From the human T2T-CHM13v2.0 reference genome, Homo sapiens, in assembly GCF_009914755.1 (NCBI RefSeq), contig NC_060944.1: a DNA stretch of 64,000 bases; one strand, 5' to 3'. Positions 29,870 to 44,028 of the stretch are shown piece after piece. A program made the position numbers and the translations under genes. The notes under the pieces were generated by a model that was not told where the DNA came from, did no database searches, and worked only from the letters and a program-made list of their open reading frames with translations. Each line of letters opens with the position of its first letter. Position 1 is the stretch's first letter.

Positions 29870-30112
29870 TAGATAATGATAACGTACTCATTATGCACAA
29901 GGTGCTATTCTAAGAGTTTTGCATGGATTTGCCCATTTAATCATCATGACGACTCTCTGAAATAATCTTCATATTTTTATTTTAATATGAGAAAACCAAG
30001 ACACAGAAAGTTTATGACTTATATAACATCACATACATGGTTAATAAGAGATTTGATTCTAATTGGTCTGTTTCCGAAGCCAAAGCTCTTACCCAGTACA
30101 TTGTATTGTCTC
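29870..30112 (-). mobile_element. MIR SINE
   Basis: 'catttaatcatcatgac...tatgagaaaaccaagacacagaaag...aagccaaagctcttacc'. Confidence 0.72.
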
Positions 30113-30211
30113 TGCAGCAAAAAATGGAAACAAATAGATACTTCTTGGACCTCATTTTTTTATTAGAAGGTGTTAAGAAAATTATACAACAGAATCTGTA
30201 TCACCATTGTC

Positions 30212-31134
30212 TTTTTTTTTAGAATTTTTTAAATATACTTTAAGTTCTGGGACACGTGTGCAGAATGTGCAGGTTTGTTACATAGGTATACACATGCCAT
30301 GGTGGTTTGCTGCACCCATCAACCCGTCACCTACATTAGGTATTTCTCCTAATGCTATCCTTCCCCTAGCCCCCACCACCCAACAGGCCCTGGTGTGTGT
30401 TGTTCCCCTCCCTGTGTCCATGTGTTCTCATTGTTCAACTCCTGCTTATGCGTGAGAACATGTGGTGTTTGGTTTTCTGTTTCTCTGTTTGTTTGCTGAG
30501 AATAATGGTTTCCAGCATCATCCATGTGCCTGCAAAGGACGTGAACTCATCCTTTTTTGTGGCTGCAGAGTATTCCATGGTGTATATGTGCCACATTTTC
30601 TTCATCCAGTCTGTCATTGATGGGCATTTGTGTTGGTTCCAAGTCTTTGCTATTGTGAATAGTGCTGCAGTAAACATACATGTGCATGTGTCTTTATAGT
30701 AGAATCATTTATAATCCTTTGGGTATATACCCAGTAATGGGATTGCTGGGTCAAATGGTATTTCTGGTTCTAGATCCTTGAGGAATCGCCACACTGTCTT
30801 CCATGATGGTTGACGTAATTTACACTCCCACCAACAGTGTAAAAGCCTTCCTATTTCTCCACATCCTCTCCAGCATCTATTGTTTCCTGACTGTTTAATG
30901 ATCACCATTCTAACTGGCTTGAGATGGTGTCTCATTGTGGTTTTGATTTGCATTTCTCTAATGACCAGTGATGATGAGCTTTTTTTCATATGTTCATTGG
31001 CCACATAAATGTTTTCTTTGAGAAGTGTCTGTTCATATCCTTCATCCGCTTTTTGATGGGGTTGTTTTTTTCTTGTAAATTTGTTTTAGTTCCTTGTAGA
31101 TTCTGGATATTAGCCCTTTGTCAGATGGATAGAT
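30212..31134 (-). mobile_element. 5'-truncated L1PA (L1PA7-like), ORF2 C-terminus and 3' UTR
   Basis: Reverse L1PA 3' UTR 'aagttctgggacacgtgtgcagaatgtgcaggtttgttacatagg'; minus ORFs give L1 ORF2 C-terminal peptides ([18 protein letters not shown]; MFTAALFTIAKTWNQ). Confidence 0.95.
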
Positions 31135-32029
31135 AGTTTTCTATAGCTAGGAAAAAAGTTTCTTTGGAAGAACTGAAAGCTGGCCTATGCCAGATGTTAA
31201 CAAAATAGCAATACATGCTAGGAGTTAGTTGTTTATTATGTCCTCTACACAGTCCTCATTGGTTTTGTGTTTACCTCTGATAATAGTTGCTATATACATA
31301 TTTCAGAAATTTGCAAACTGTTTTGTTTTTCTCAACATATTCTATCAAGTGTTTTTTTTTTTTCATCTCTTGAACTGAGATAGAAATTTGAGAATGAAAA
31401 TGGTTGGTTTTTGGAATTTTAGGAGAGTATTTTAAAAGTCAGTTTCCTGAAAGCTGTTTAGGCAAACATTTATAAAAGGCAAAATATAATTAACAAAGAA
31501 TAATTTCAAAAAATATTATGCAAGGTAAAAGATGTCTAAAGTCTGAATAAAGAGTATTAAAACACTCTTTCCGATCATAAAGAACAACTTTGGTGATATA
31601 AAAAAGCTGTTTCTATTTGGTGATCGCCTTATACTTCAAGAGGGTCTAATCAGTCCTTTTTGAAACCGACACCTTCAATGTCTCCTACCCTATCTGAAAC
31701 CAAAAAAGGTAAAATGAAAATTCATCTCACCCACTAGTCTCCAGCCTCTTCCCCTCCGTTATTTTTCCCCTCATTGAAATGTAAGTGAGGGAGGGCTGGA
31801 ACTGATTCTTCTCTGTCAGTGCTTAGAACAGTACTTAGCAAACATAGATATTTGACACATTTTGAATGAGCAAATGCACGCATACATGAATAAATGAATT
31901 TACCAATTTCTTTGAGTCTGTTATTTCTGCAAATTATATATTTATGTATATGTATATATTAACATATAATCTATAGATTATATGTTCTTTACATAAAATA
32001 TCTACTCAATCCATTTCCAAATAATTTTA

Positions 32030-33390
32030 AACATCACAAATAAAATTAAAAGAGAAATAATGACATAAAAAAATTCACAAGTATCCTTAATATAGAGTAC
32101 GCTATTGGAAAACAGAAGGGAAAATACTAATACTTTAATCAAATTAGAAAATAATAGAAATAGATTTCTGCTAAGTATAATTAATAAAAATTTTAAAAGT
32201 TCCACGTCACTAATTTATAAAAATACACAAGTGGAATTAATAGGAGATACCATTTTCTTACTTAAAATATTTGTAAAATCTTTAAATCATAATGTTCAAT
32301 TCCATAGAGGAATGATGAAGTAAGGTATATCAAGTGAAATATATACCATCATATGCTGATGGCTGTTAGGACTTTAAATTGGTATAGCATTTGGAGGAAA
32401 TAATTTAGCAATGTGAATCAATAGTTTCAAAAATAATCTTACTCTTGCTCTCATAATTTTACTTCTAGAATTCTAGTATGAGAAATTATGATACAAATAT
32501 GCAACCATAAACAAAAGAATGAAAAATCTCTTTAAGTACTGATCTAGAAATAACTGTATATTAAGTGGAGAAAGCAAAATATGTATGATGTATATTGTAT
32601 GCTACCTTTTTTGGCAAAAAAGGACAGGATAATTACATATATTCATCTTCACCTATATACTGAAAGGTAAAATATAAAAGATTATATATATTAATAACAA
32701 TGTTACCTGTGGGGTAGATGAGGTGGAAGTGGATAAATAAGACCATGGACGGTAGCAAGATTTTTCACTGTCTACACTTTGTTTATATAAAAACAACTTA
32801 TAAGACAAACAAAGGTATTATCTACTCAAAAATTAAATATTAAAAACTATTAATAGAAAAAAGTGGGATTTGTAGAAATGCATGTTTTCAGGTTGAAGGG
32901 AGGAAAAATATATAAATGCTTTTGTTTGTGGGATGTTGTCATAATTATGTTTGGGTTAAAAGAAAATTAGAAATGTACACAAATACTTATTGGAAGCTAG
33001 CTATATACATTACACTGTTTTTTTACATTGACTGAATATTGGAAGCATTCCAAATACTTTGATATATTCACATAATAAAAGACCATTGAAGTTAAAATGA
33101 TGTTGTAAAATAATACATAAAATGGTATTAAATATATGGAAATGCATTCATGGTATATTAAGGTAGGGCATGGATAGGGAAGCAAATGAGATGATAGTAT
33201 GTAAAGTAGGAATCTATATTTTTAAAGTAAAAATTTTCAAAGCATGCATACAAGCTTATATGTACATATAGAGAAAGAACTGGAAGGATATTCACCTATT
33301 AATGATAGTGCTTTTCTCAGGGTAGGGGGATGATGGGTATGTTTCCTATTATATTTATTCTTTAAAGTTCTTCAAATAAATACTTTATGA
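32030..33390 (+). mobile_element. Ancient L1M (L1ME-like) 3' fragments
   Basis: 'gagataccattt', 'taaattggtatagcatttggaggaaataatttagcaat', 'acttctagaatt', 'aactggaaggatattcacc'; probably several pieces. Confidence 0.6.
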
Positions 33391-33459
33391 AACAAAAACC
33401 AAAATTCCTCCGCTTATTAAAGGCTTAGAATGGGCTATTTATTATATTAAGCATTTTGA

Positions 33460-33620
33460 GCATAGTCTCTTAAATTTCTTAAAATCACACAAGGTAGGTC
33501 TTATGAACCATTTTACAGATGGAAAATCTGAGGCTCAGAGAGATTGAGTAACTTACTCAACACTGCACAACTAGTGTAAGATGCAAAACTCAAACGCTGG
33601 TCTGTCTGTCTCCAATGCTA
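33460..33620 (-). mobile_element. MIR SINE
   Basis: 'ccattttacagatggaaaatctgaggctcagagagattgagtaacttactcaa'. Confidence 0.8.
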
Positions 33621-36019
33621 TTTCTCTATCACCCTACTAAATAATTCAACAAAAAAACCCTGCTTGCAATTGGAAAACATTTTTCCTACTAGTTTTCTTT
33701 TTAAGTGGCAAATCTTTTCCTTGGTTATCAGAACTTACATTTTTGTGAAGTGTGCTAAAATGCTCAAGAATTCCCTGACAGTAATTTAAATTAAACTATC
33801 TTGCATATGTGAATTATTTCATGTTTTTTTACAGTAGATAAAATATGCTAATTTGTGTAAATGGTCTTCTGGGTACAGATGCTTACACTGAAAGCAAGCT
33901 TATCTTAAAAGCTGCTTATCTTTCATTTGAGGCTTCTTTATATGCATAGTTTATTTTTCTAATGCTGTCTCAATATAGGAATAATTTTAAGGAGGTATTT
34001 GTGGCTAAATGAAAGATTAAAAAAAAACCAGGTCTCTTGGCTTTGGTAAATATTAATGAGCTCATAGAAAATCTTGTTACTGAAGTGGGCCCTCTTTTGA
34101 GAGTTTTCTGCCATCTTGGCCCTTTGTGGGCCCTTCTCCTTTGTTGGGGATTAGCATACTGGGTTGTGTGTGCTGTTGTGAGTTCTGCTTCAGTTCCTTT
34201 GTGTGTGCTGACAGAAGGCTCACCTTGGTCTATTACCAGAATAGTCTAGGCATCTTAATATTATATTGGATTTCTGTGAGAAAAAAGCAAATCATCCAGA
34301 AATAATTAATCTGACTTATTCATTTAAAAGCTTTAACACAAAATGGACAGTGTTCATTTCGGTCATTTATATATTGTCATCATTAACAAAGTAAAGTCCA
34401 ATGTTTATTAATTTTCAAGTGAGGAGAAGTTCAGAATTTGAATTATTTTTATCGATATTCACACATATATTGTATGTGCAAAATTATTACAGCACATACA
34501 CAACTTGATTTAGGCACTCTGTTTTCCTTTAGACCAAGCATCATGTTCACTTGCCTACAGATTTCTAAAAATTATTTTTAGTTTCATAAGCAGTAATATT
34601 TTTTAATTGTGTTAAGAACTCAGAGAAGGTAATGTTGGCGCTATTATTACCACATTGGTCATCCTCTAAAAACAGTGTTGTGAGGTTGGTGTTAGATATA
34701 AATTGTGAATGATGATTAAGTACATTTACTGATTTCATTCTACTATATGCAATCCTGAAATATGAGAATAGGTATATTTAACTTGTTAGGTAATTTAATG
34801 AAATATATTTGCTGATATCATTCTACTATATACAATCCTGACATTATGTAAGAAGAAAAAAGGCAATTCCACTATTGACAGGATATAGGAATGATCAAAA
34901 TTACTTAACATAAATTTTGAAAAATTAAATTTCCCATGCATATTTTAACTTCTCCATTAGTCCAACAGGTTGTATGATGCTTATAAGGGAATTATTTGGC
35001 AAAGAAATATTTTCTTTTTAAGAATGCAGTATATGAGTATAGTCACAAGGGGTCATAAATTCACACCCAGTTTTTTTAAAATGAGCCCATTGGATTAAAA
35101 AAAATCAGAAAAACTAAAGCAGTTGTTTGAAAACTTTTTTTAGGCAAGAAAAAAATGCATTAAGCACTTTCAAGAGTTATTACTGTCATCATACACTTCT
35201 TCATCTTCTTTCATAGAAGTTCAATATACCAGACATTTTTACTGTCATGAAGAGAGAAAAATGATAGTTCAAGAATATAACAAGAGTATTTGGAAACACA
35301 GATAGAAGTGTCATTAGCCCACTATTAAGTCTGTACTGAAAAACGTTCTTTAAATTTTGTGCTCAATCATTTGAATAAAGGATTTAAGTCCTTTTATAAA
35401 AACTGTTTTTGGAAGAAATTTTATAAGAATTTTTATCAGAGCCAATTTTGAGCTGAGGTTGTGGCTGGTAATATTCAGTTGTTGATAAATGGAGTGTGAA
35501 TCCTGAGAGAAACCACTTCAATAGTTTGAGAAAGAAGGAGACAATTTCTGAAAATGATTTCCTAATCTGAGAAACAGAGCTTTCTTCTGAGAAAAGTTTT
35601 AATAATTTTAAAAACTACAGAAATATGAAGTCATGGTCACATATAGCCATTTTTCCATAGTTGTATTTGTGGTGAGTTAGAAAATAGATATATAATAAAG
35701 GTCTGGAAATGCAAACAGAGTCAAATTTAGGTTTGATTATTATTAGTTTTGAGAGAAAGACAGAGAATAGTACTTAATATAAACTATCATTATGTTACTT
35801 CTAAGTATGTTCCTTTCAATTCAGCTGTACTAGTAAAATTTTACTTTTTTTTTTTAATAAGGGTTAAAATCATGGTTGAAATCTGAAGCATAGACTTGAT
35901 ATATTGCTTTCCTATGCTAAGGTTCCTAGCCCTGGACACTAATTCTAGGAAAAATATTGAAAAGAGGAAAAGAGCTCTCAAATATTAAAACTGCACCATA
36001 AAGTTCAAAAGTAATATAA

Positions 36020-36332
<313 letters not shown>

Positions 36333-36477
36333 TATAAACTTTATTTTAAAAGCTTGACTGGTATTAAGAAAGCCTATAATAAAACTCAAATGTATTTTTT
36401 TAAAAGATAGCTAATTTCTTCAATGAAATTCAATATGATCTGAATTTTTACTTAGACACAGCTTTCCAATAACATAT

Positions 36478-36957
36478 TGTGGTAGTAAGAATGCTGGTCC
36501 TTCCAAGATGTCCACACCCTAATCTCTGGAACCTGTGAATATTACCTTACATGGCTAGAGGGATGTTATATAGTTGTGATGAAAGTTAAGGACCTTAAGA
36601 TGAGGAGATTATCCTAGATTATTTGGGTGCGCCCAGTCTAATCATATGAGTCCTTAAAAGCAGAGAACCTTGCTGTGATTTAATCAGACAGAGATGTGCC
36701 TGAAAAAAAGACACAGAGATACAACAGTGCTGGCTTTGAAGATGAAGGAAGACGACCACAAGTCAAGGATTATGGGCAGACTCTAGTAACTAGAAAAGAC
36801 AAGAAAATGGTTTCTTCCCAAATGTCCCAGTTAACACTTAGTCCAGTGAGACCTGTGTTGGACTTATGTCATAGAGAACACCAAAATAATAAATTTGTGT
36901 AGTTTAAGCCACTAAATTTGTGTTGATTTGTTACAAGAGCAATAGAAAATTAATACA
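36478..36957 (+). mobile_element. MLT1D-like MaLR solo LTR
   Basis: tgtggtag...gaacctgtgaatattaccttacatgg...tttgttacaagagcaatagaaaattaataca. Confidence 0.85.
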
Positions 36958-36959
36958 CG

Positions 36960-37448
36960 CGATAGTAGGTTGAATAATGTCCTTCCATATATGTCCATAT
37001 CCTAATTCCCAGAACCTGTGAATGTTTCCTTAAATGGCAAAATGGACTTTGCAGATGTGAGTAAGGACTTTCAGATCGGGAGATTATCTTGAATTGTCTA
37101 GGTAGAACTGGATGTAGTCTTAACAGTCTTTATAATACAGACACAGGGGTGGTCCAAGTCAGAGGAGAGGGTGATAAGCTGATGGGACCAGAGACTGAAC
37201 TTTGAAGATGGAAGTAGGGGTCACAAGCCAAGAAAAATAGGCAGACACCAGAAGCTGAAAAAGTCAAGGAAATAGATGCTGTTTTCAGAGACTCCAGAAA
37301 AAAAATCAGCTTGACCACACTTCAACTTTAGATCATTCAAATAGAGTTTGGACTTCTGACTTCCAGAGCAATAAGATAATAAATTCGTGTTGTTTTAAGT
37401 GATTACACTTGTTGAAATTTGTTACAGCAGCCAGAATACACTAATAGA
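36960..37448 (+). mobile_element. Second MLT1C/D-like LTR directly abutting the first
   Basis: 'gtaggttgaataatg...cccagaacctgtgaatg...tttgttacagcagcc...ctaataga'. Confidence 0.85.
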
Positions 37449-37591
37449 GACACATTTATGATATAAAGTGAGGTATATATATGCAAGAGGCTGCATGGGC
37501 ATAGGATGGATTTTTGATTCTTTGAATAGAAATTTTGCTATAAGATCATAGAAGCTATGTTTTCAGGTAAAACCCAGTTTACTTTAAAAAA

Positions 37592-37768
37592 ATTTTTTAA
37601 TTGACGTATAAAATTGTATGTATTTACCATGTACAACATATTGTTTGGAAGTATATGTACCTTGTGGAATGACTAAATCTAGCTAATTAACATATATATT
37701 ATCTTACATAATTATCATGTTTGTGGCAAGAACACTTTACATACACTGTCTTAGCTTTTTTTCAAGTA
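37592..37768 (-). mobile_element. L1MA-like 3' end fragment
   Basis: 'ttaattgacgtataaaattgtatgtatttaccatgtacaacat...gtggaatgactaaatctagctaattaacatat'. Confidence 0.8.
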
Positions 37769-37810
37769 TTTACATCTATATTAAGTGAATTTAACTTTAA
37801 AAACTTACAA

Positions 37811-38243
37811 TGTAGTAGCTTGTGAGAAAATGGCGGTCATAGTTCACATCTGTATTTTCACACATTGAGTAGGCCCCTCCCACATCAGCTCTGGGTTTTA
37901 CCAGATAACTTACTTTGGCTGATAGAACAGTGTCAAAAATGGCTCAAGCAAAGGCTTAAGAAGTGCTTTTGCATTCGACTTGCTCTTTCTTGTCGCTGAT
38001 ACCCTTTTTCACTGTCTGAAGAAACCTGAGTTAGCCTTTTAGAGGATGAGATACCTTGTAGAGAGGTCCCAGCTAAGGCCCCTAACATGTGAGAGTTTTG
38101 CTGTCATAGACCATCAAACCCCAGCCAAACTGGTACAGACTGGAAGAACTACTCACTCAACCCACAAAATCAGAAGTAAGAAACGTTTGTTTTTTTCAGC
38201 CACTAAGTTTTGGGATGATGTGTTTCTCAGCAATAGATAACCA
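37811..38243 (+). mobile_element. MLT1 (G/H-like) MaLR LTR
   Basis: 'gaggatgagatacc', 'aacccacaaaatc', 'agccactaagttttgggatg...cagcaatagataac'. Confidence 0.75.
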
Positions 38244-38769
38244 CTGTAGTGCATTTATTTTCTCAGGCTGTAAGGTGCATTTCAGACATGACTGTTCCTC
38301 CAGCAATCATAAGGAGGTAGCATTAGCTATCCTATATTAGATTTCTTCTGAATCATTTGTTGCCTTTGGTTTTTCAGGGAGGTGGGCTAGAAATTGGACT
38401 AGGGACTTCCTGGGCATCCTGAAACTACTGAAATTGAGTACCTTGACTTGTACTTTTCAGAACCAATTTTTAAAAATCTTTATCCTCCAGAATATATCCA
38501 ACTAAAAAAATTAGGTTAGAAATATTTTTGTAAAGTATTTTACCCTTTGAATAGATTCTGAATGAAAAGGAGAATGTACTTCTTGCTAAATGTCTATATT
38601 TGTATAGGCCTATATGAGTATGGTAGAAGAGAGGTTGTCTAAGCAGCCACCTAACATGTTTTAATGCTGCGGAATATCATGGCTGATGGGTGTCCTGCAG
38701 AGGCAGTGTTACAGCACTGAGGACATGCCTCAGAACATTTCCCTAGGCATTCTAACATGTTCAGAGATG

Positions 38770-38968
38770 GATATCATAGTGGTTAAGGCTATGGCTGTGG
38801 ATATAGACTTTCAGCCATCCAATTCTGGTTCCGCTTTTTACTAGGTTATTTACTTCACCACATGGGGACAATAATTGTACTTATTCATTGGGTTGTTATG
38901 AGGCTTTAATAAGTTAATGTACAACATTTGTAGGAGTTGCTGGCTGGTTGTTAGTGCTCAATAAATGC
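38770..38968 (+). mobile_element. MIR SINE
   Basis: 'catagtggttaagg...gggttgttatgagg...agtgctcaataaatg'. Confidence 0.72.
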
Positions 38969-41389
38969 CTCTCATTGTATGTACCAGGCGATTTTACCCC
39001 CACCCAGAGTCTGCCTTGCTGTAGCTGTGCTACTGTCCTATGTTGGAGAGGAGGTGTTACCTCATTGGGACCCTTCAGTCAGGTGGTTGAAGTCAGAGCT
39101 TTGTAGAAAAGAAACTAAAGATCCATTTGCTTCTGATGAAAACTTACTACCAGAAAATTTCCTGAAAAATTAAAGAATATGGATGCAGTCCCTCCTGGTC
39201 TCTCAGAGAGCTGTATATTAATCTCTAGGGCTCTGAAGGAACAGTTTGAAGACAACTTGGCCAGATAACCTCTGAAGTCCCCACACCCCGCCCCAATGCT
39301 GCTCTCAAATTACCACCTCATGGCTACTCCTCTCATATTAGGAAGGTGATATTTATTTCCATGGAAAACAACAAAGTTAACTGACTCCTTTGGGAATGGA
39401 AAGAATGACAATGTTCCCTTCACCATGAACTCAATCAACTAAAATAACCATTCACGCCTCCCAGCTGCTTTCAACTTTTCACTACCAGGAATTTCCCTTT
39501 ACCTCTTGACAGAGAAACTCCTGCAGTTATCTTCTCCTGTGACCGCTCATGTTTGCAGGCAAATATATTCTCCTTCAGAGGAGCTGACATAAAAGTATTT
39601 TAAATCAAAATGGGATTTAATATCACTTGTTATTAAAATACATTTCTGGTGCCTGTTTTAAGGGTTTATTTTCTTGCCAAATAGTTTAGTGTAAAAGGAG
39701 AGAAAATAAGTAAATCTTATACTATCTAAGGTTAAAAAATTTACGTTTTGTGATCATGATGTTTGTATTGAGAAAGTATGTGTGTGTGTCTGTGTCTGTG
39801 TGTATAGCCTGTAATGTGTAAGGATATGATAGAAACTATATCACCCACGCATTTCATTCTATTGCCTTCATGCTTAGTTATTTGATAAATAACTGTATCT
39901 CTTATGGCCTAATGTAAAATAATGAATCAAATTTCCCCAGTGCTGAAACTAGTCGAGGCCTTTTGGGAATACTTTTCAAACCATTAACGCATTAATGTGC
40001 TGCTACCTGTGTGTCCTGAAAGGGTTACTGTAGGTTTCAAAAAGGGTCTAATTTACTAGCTAATGGTATTTTTTTCGTAAGAGTCACTTGGCTTTGCGGA
40101 ATCGAATTTCATCTTTCTGCTTTTGGGTTAATTCAATTGAATTTCCAGCAAACTACATTGTTTCATTCTCATTGCAGTCAGTCCCTCATCTTACAAACCA
40201 TTGTGTTCCAAAAACTCATTTGTTATTTGGTTATTTGGAACTTAGAGGTAGTTTTCAATAGAAAAATTAAAGCTACAAATGTTGGGTGTGTTCCCAGAAT
40301 AGCCCACAGAAGCCAACTTAACCCATCATACGTCCAGTCCTCATGCTGCTATCCAACAAAACCAACATGAATAGCAGTGCCTATAAAGGTAGCGTGCTTT
40401 GCCAGATCCAAGCTGGGAGTCCCAGAGCTCATTCTTCTATAGCAGCCCTGTCAGTAGGAGTGAGAACTTTCCTGTCTTCATTCCTCCAACCTCAAAAGAA
40501 GCAAAGTGAGAACACAGCCCAGCCATAAACCATCAACAGTGACTGTGATTGTTTGGGCCAGGGGTTGGGGGTAGAATTACTCAGGGACAGGGGACTATGT
40601 AATAGAGCTTAAGCATCAAGATAGAGGCAGAGGAGAATGAAGAGTCAAAATTGTTTATAAGTTGTCAGGATGTAGTGAGGTCTTAGAATGAGGAGTAGAA
40701 AGATTGACAACTAGGTGACTGGGTGAGTGAAGACCTGAAACTAGATTAGATTTAAAGGCTTCTGCCACCCTCTCTTCCCCTTTACAATTTCAGAGTCAGC
40801 TACAGATTCAAGTTCACCTAAGTAGGATTGCTTGGTAAAGAGCAGGCATTTCACTCACTGGAAGGCTTTATAAGAAATAGCTCATTTTTTCTGCCATTTT
40901 TTTTGCCCCTGAGGCTCTTGCTCGGGTGGAAGGAGGGAGGCCAAGGGAGAATCTCAGGAGAGCATGGGAGCAGATTAGAGTGGTATGATAGAGGTTCTCA
41001 GGCAGAGACAAAAAAGGGATCTCAATCTTGGTGTGCCTCTGCTCCTATCTCTGTTGTTATAATGGGAAAAGTTTGAACGTCAAATGGAAGAGAAAGTGAA
41101 CTTCTAGAAGAAGGGATGTCAATAGAGGAGCCTCTCCTGCATGTCTACTAGGACAGTATCCACGTGTAATAAAGTCAAACCAAGGTGGTCTTTCTGGATT
41201 TGGCTTTTCTGACAGTTTCCTGAGAATTGTCTCAGGAGGAAAGGATGCAGTTCTCAAATGTTTCTTTGGAGGAAGCCATATACCTGTCTAAGGAAACCAT
41301 TATAATCTTAGAAATGAGCTTTTGTACCAGATGTACCACATATACAAGATTCTCATAGGAGGATCCTTGATGAGCCTTTCCTTCTCCTG

Positions 41390-41735
41390 TCTTGAGTGCT
41401 CTTCTCCCCTCATTTAACCCAGTTAGTTCCTACACGCCTCTTAGCATGCCCATGTCATGTGCTCACGAAAACCTTTCCTGAACATGTTTCCCAGTCAGGC
41501 TAGGCCAGACCCTGAGATAGAAGCACACTCAAAGCATATTTTGCTGCTGCTTTTCATTATTTTTACTCTCTGTCACAATTTGAAGTACATAACTCATTGG
41601 GGAACTCCTTTTTAAATGGTTGTCTTCCCCTTCAAGAAACCATCTCCATCAAGACAGAGACTATGAATTAACCACTGTATCCAGTGCCTAGTTCAGTGCC
41701 TAACACTTAGTAGGTCTTTGTAAATATTTGTCACG
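41390..41735 (+). mobile_element. L2 3' end
   Basis: 'ccactgtatccagtgcctagttcagtgcctaacacttagtaggtctttgtaaatatttg'. Confidence 0.7.
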
Positions 41736-42649
41736 AACTATCAAGAAGCAGAAATTTTGTATCTTAACATGTCTTTGTAGGGAGGTCACCTTTAATGCAT
41801 ACCTTTGACTATTAAGAAACTTAAGTAGTGCACAGAGAAGATGTAGAGAACTGTTAAATAAAATAAATTGACTTAAATGTATCATTGCTTAGTATAAGGG
41901 TGGACTCTAGACAGCCTTTATATCTCAAGAAATTTGCCTACTTCTATGTCAAAATTGTATTAGTACCTATGAACTTTCCAAACTAGTTAATGCTGTTTTG
42001 AGTTGAATTGGCTTTAGAAATTCTAAAGTGGAGAGCTGCCCTTGGCTTGCTGCATTGAGCAGACTACAGTTCTTAGGTAGGAGGCAGGAATGGTCCTGAG
42101 GAACAGTCAGCATCTCTGCCATCCATGCACCACGGTAGTCTAGAGCAACTGAGAAAACCAGATGCCTCCATAGAACCCACAGGTGTAGACATTAACAATA
42201 GGACACTGTGGATCTTTGTGTTGATTTCAGCCACCCACCCAAGTCATTAATTTATAGTTTATGCCCTTCACAAAGGAAATGTTTTTGCTAACAAATCTCT
42301 TATGATTTCATCTATTTGTCTTTTCCTCTTTGTGTTTTGTCTCATACAACTAATAGTTAACATAGTGACACAAACACCACTAAAATACTTCAGTATTTTT
42401 CTCAGGACTTATTCATTTTACCTGGAAGGAAATTGCCGTATAACCCATGCCATTAGAAAATTAAAAATGCAACCATTTCTGCAGCTCGTACATCATATGC
42501 TATGTAATGAAAACGTGCCTAGCCTCCTACTCCCTTGTATTTGCCAACAGAACTTAAGCAAGTTCTGTCTGGGCTGCACTCACACTTTCTTAGTGCCAGG
42601 GAGATGATTGGATATAAATTACATAGCTTATATTTCCTAATATACTAAA

Positions 42650-42720
42650 AAGAAAGGGAAAAACAGAAAAGGAAGGAAGTAAAGGAAGGAAAAAAAGAAA
42701 AGGAAGGAAGGAAGGAAGGA
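42650..42720. repeat. (GGAA)n/GA-rich simple repeat
   Basis: Purine-rich tract with aggaaggaaggaaggaagga. Confidence 0.8.
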
Positions 42721-43110
42721 TCTCTAAGTGTGTATCACCAGAAGCTTAGAGAGATGATATTTTAACTGTAGAAAATTCTCGAAGATTAATCTACTATATC
42801 ATGATTCTTTGAACTTCAAAGTATACCCCCAAAATATAATATGTGAACAGTTGAGTACTATTGCATATTTCAGTCAAAACTAAAAACAATAATCTGTAAC
42901 TGAATATGTAACTTAGAAAATATCAATATAAATTTTAATCTAAATGATCTGTTTATTCCTTTCTCAAATAATGACTTCATTTTAGTAATAGAGTGTTTTA
43001 TTTACTCATATAGGCATACATAAATAGATTTTAAGCATTATTTGTGATGAGGCATAAACATGAATCTTCTAATAGAAAGTGGTACCTTGGGGTAAATTTT
43101 ATTAGGGAAA

Positions 43111-43370
43111 GATTTCACTTATGTGAGCTATCAAAGTGATCAAATTCATGGAAACAGAAGGTAGAATGGTAATTACCAGGGGCTAGGAGGATGGAGAAAA
43201 GAAGAGTTGTTTAATGTGTACATAGTTTCAGATCTGTGGGAGGAAAATGTTCTGGAGATCTGTTTACAAAAATATGAGTATACTTAACACTTCTGAACTA
43301 TACACTTCCAAATGCTTAAGATGGTAAATTTTATGTTGTGTGTTTTAATCACAATTTTCAAAAAGAAAAG
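43111..43370 (+). mobile_element. L1MA/L1MB 3' UTR end
   Basis: 'gtagaatggtaattaccaggggctagg...gttctggagatc...gaactatacac...aagatggtaaattttatgtt'. Confidence 0.85.
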
Positions 43371-43715
43371 AAATATTCATAAGAAACTTGAATATTCTTC
43401 TAGTTTTGCAAATTATCCTTATTGTTTAGCCTCTTAATTGTATATCTTACAAAAATCTAGATTTAGAATACAAAATTATTATGTGTATTTTATCATATAA
43501 ACTCATTTGAGATGTTAAATGATTTAGAAACACTATAAAATTATAGACAGTTTGTATTCACTTTTTCAAAGTTAGTTAAAACAGTGTTGATGTTTCTCTG
43601 AATATTGTCATGTTTCATAAAAACGTTAATCTTCAGTAATTTACATTTATTAGAATAATAGTGTAAAACATGTTATTTACGATCATTAAAAGTTGGAGTG
43701 TTCTAACCAATTATT

Positions 43716-44028
43716 ACTATTTATTGTTGTTATTATTATTATTAGTTTGAGACAGGATCTCACTTTGTCATCCCAGCTCAAGTGCAGTGGCACAATCTGC
43801 TTACTGCAATCTCTGCCTCCTGGGCGCAAGTGATCTGCTCACCTTAGCCTCCTGAGTAACTGGGACTACAGGTGCATGCCACCACACCCAAATAATTTTT
43901 GTATTTTTTGTAGAGATGGGGTTTTGCCATGTTGCCCAGGCTGGTGTTGAACTCCTGGGCTCAAGTGATCTACCCAACTCAGCCTCCCAAAGTGCTGGGA
44001 TTACGAGTGTGAGCCACCATGCCTGGCC
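43716..44028 (-). mobile_element. AluJ (Jb-like) with (TTA)n tail
   Basis: Reverse AluJ; TSD taaccaattatt at 43704-43715 and 44030-44041. Confidence 0.93.

Noticed and set aside
30207-31004. Cluster of 80-100 aa ORFs
   Set aside because: Fragments and antisense frames of the ORF2 end of a 5'-truncated L1PA; non-autonomous and interrupted.
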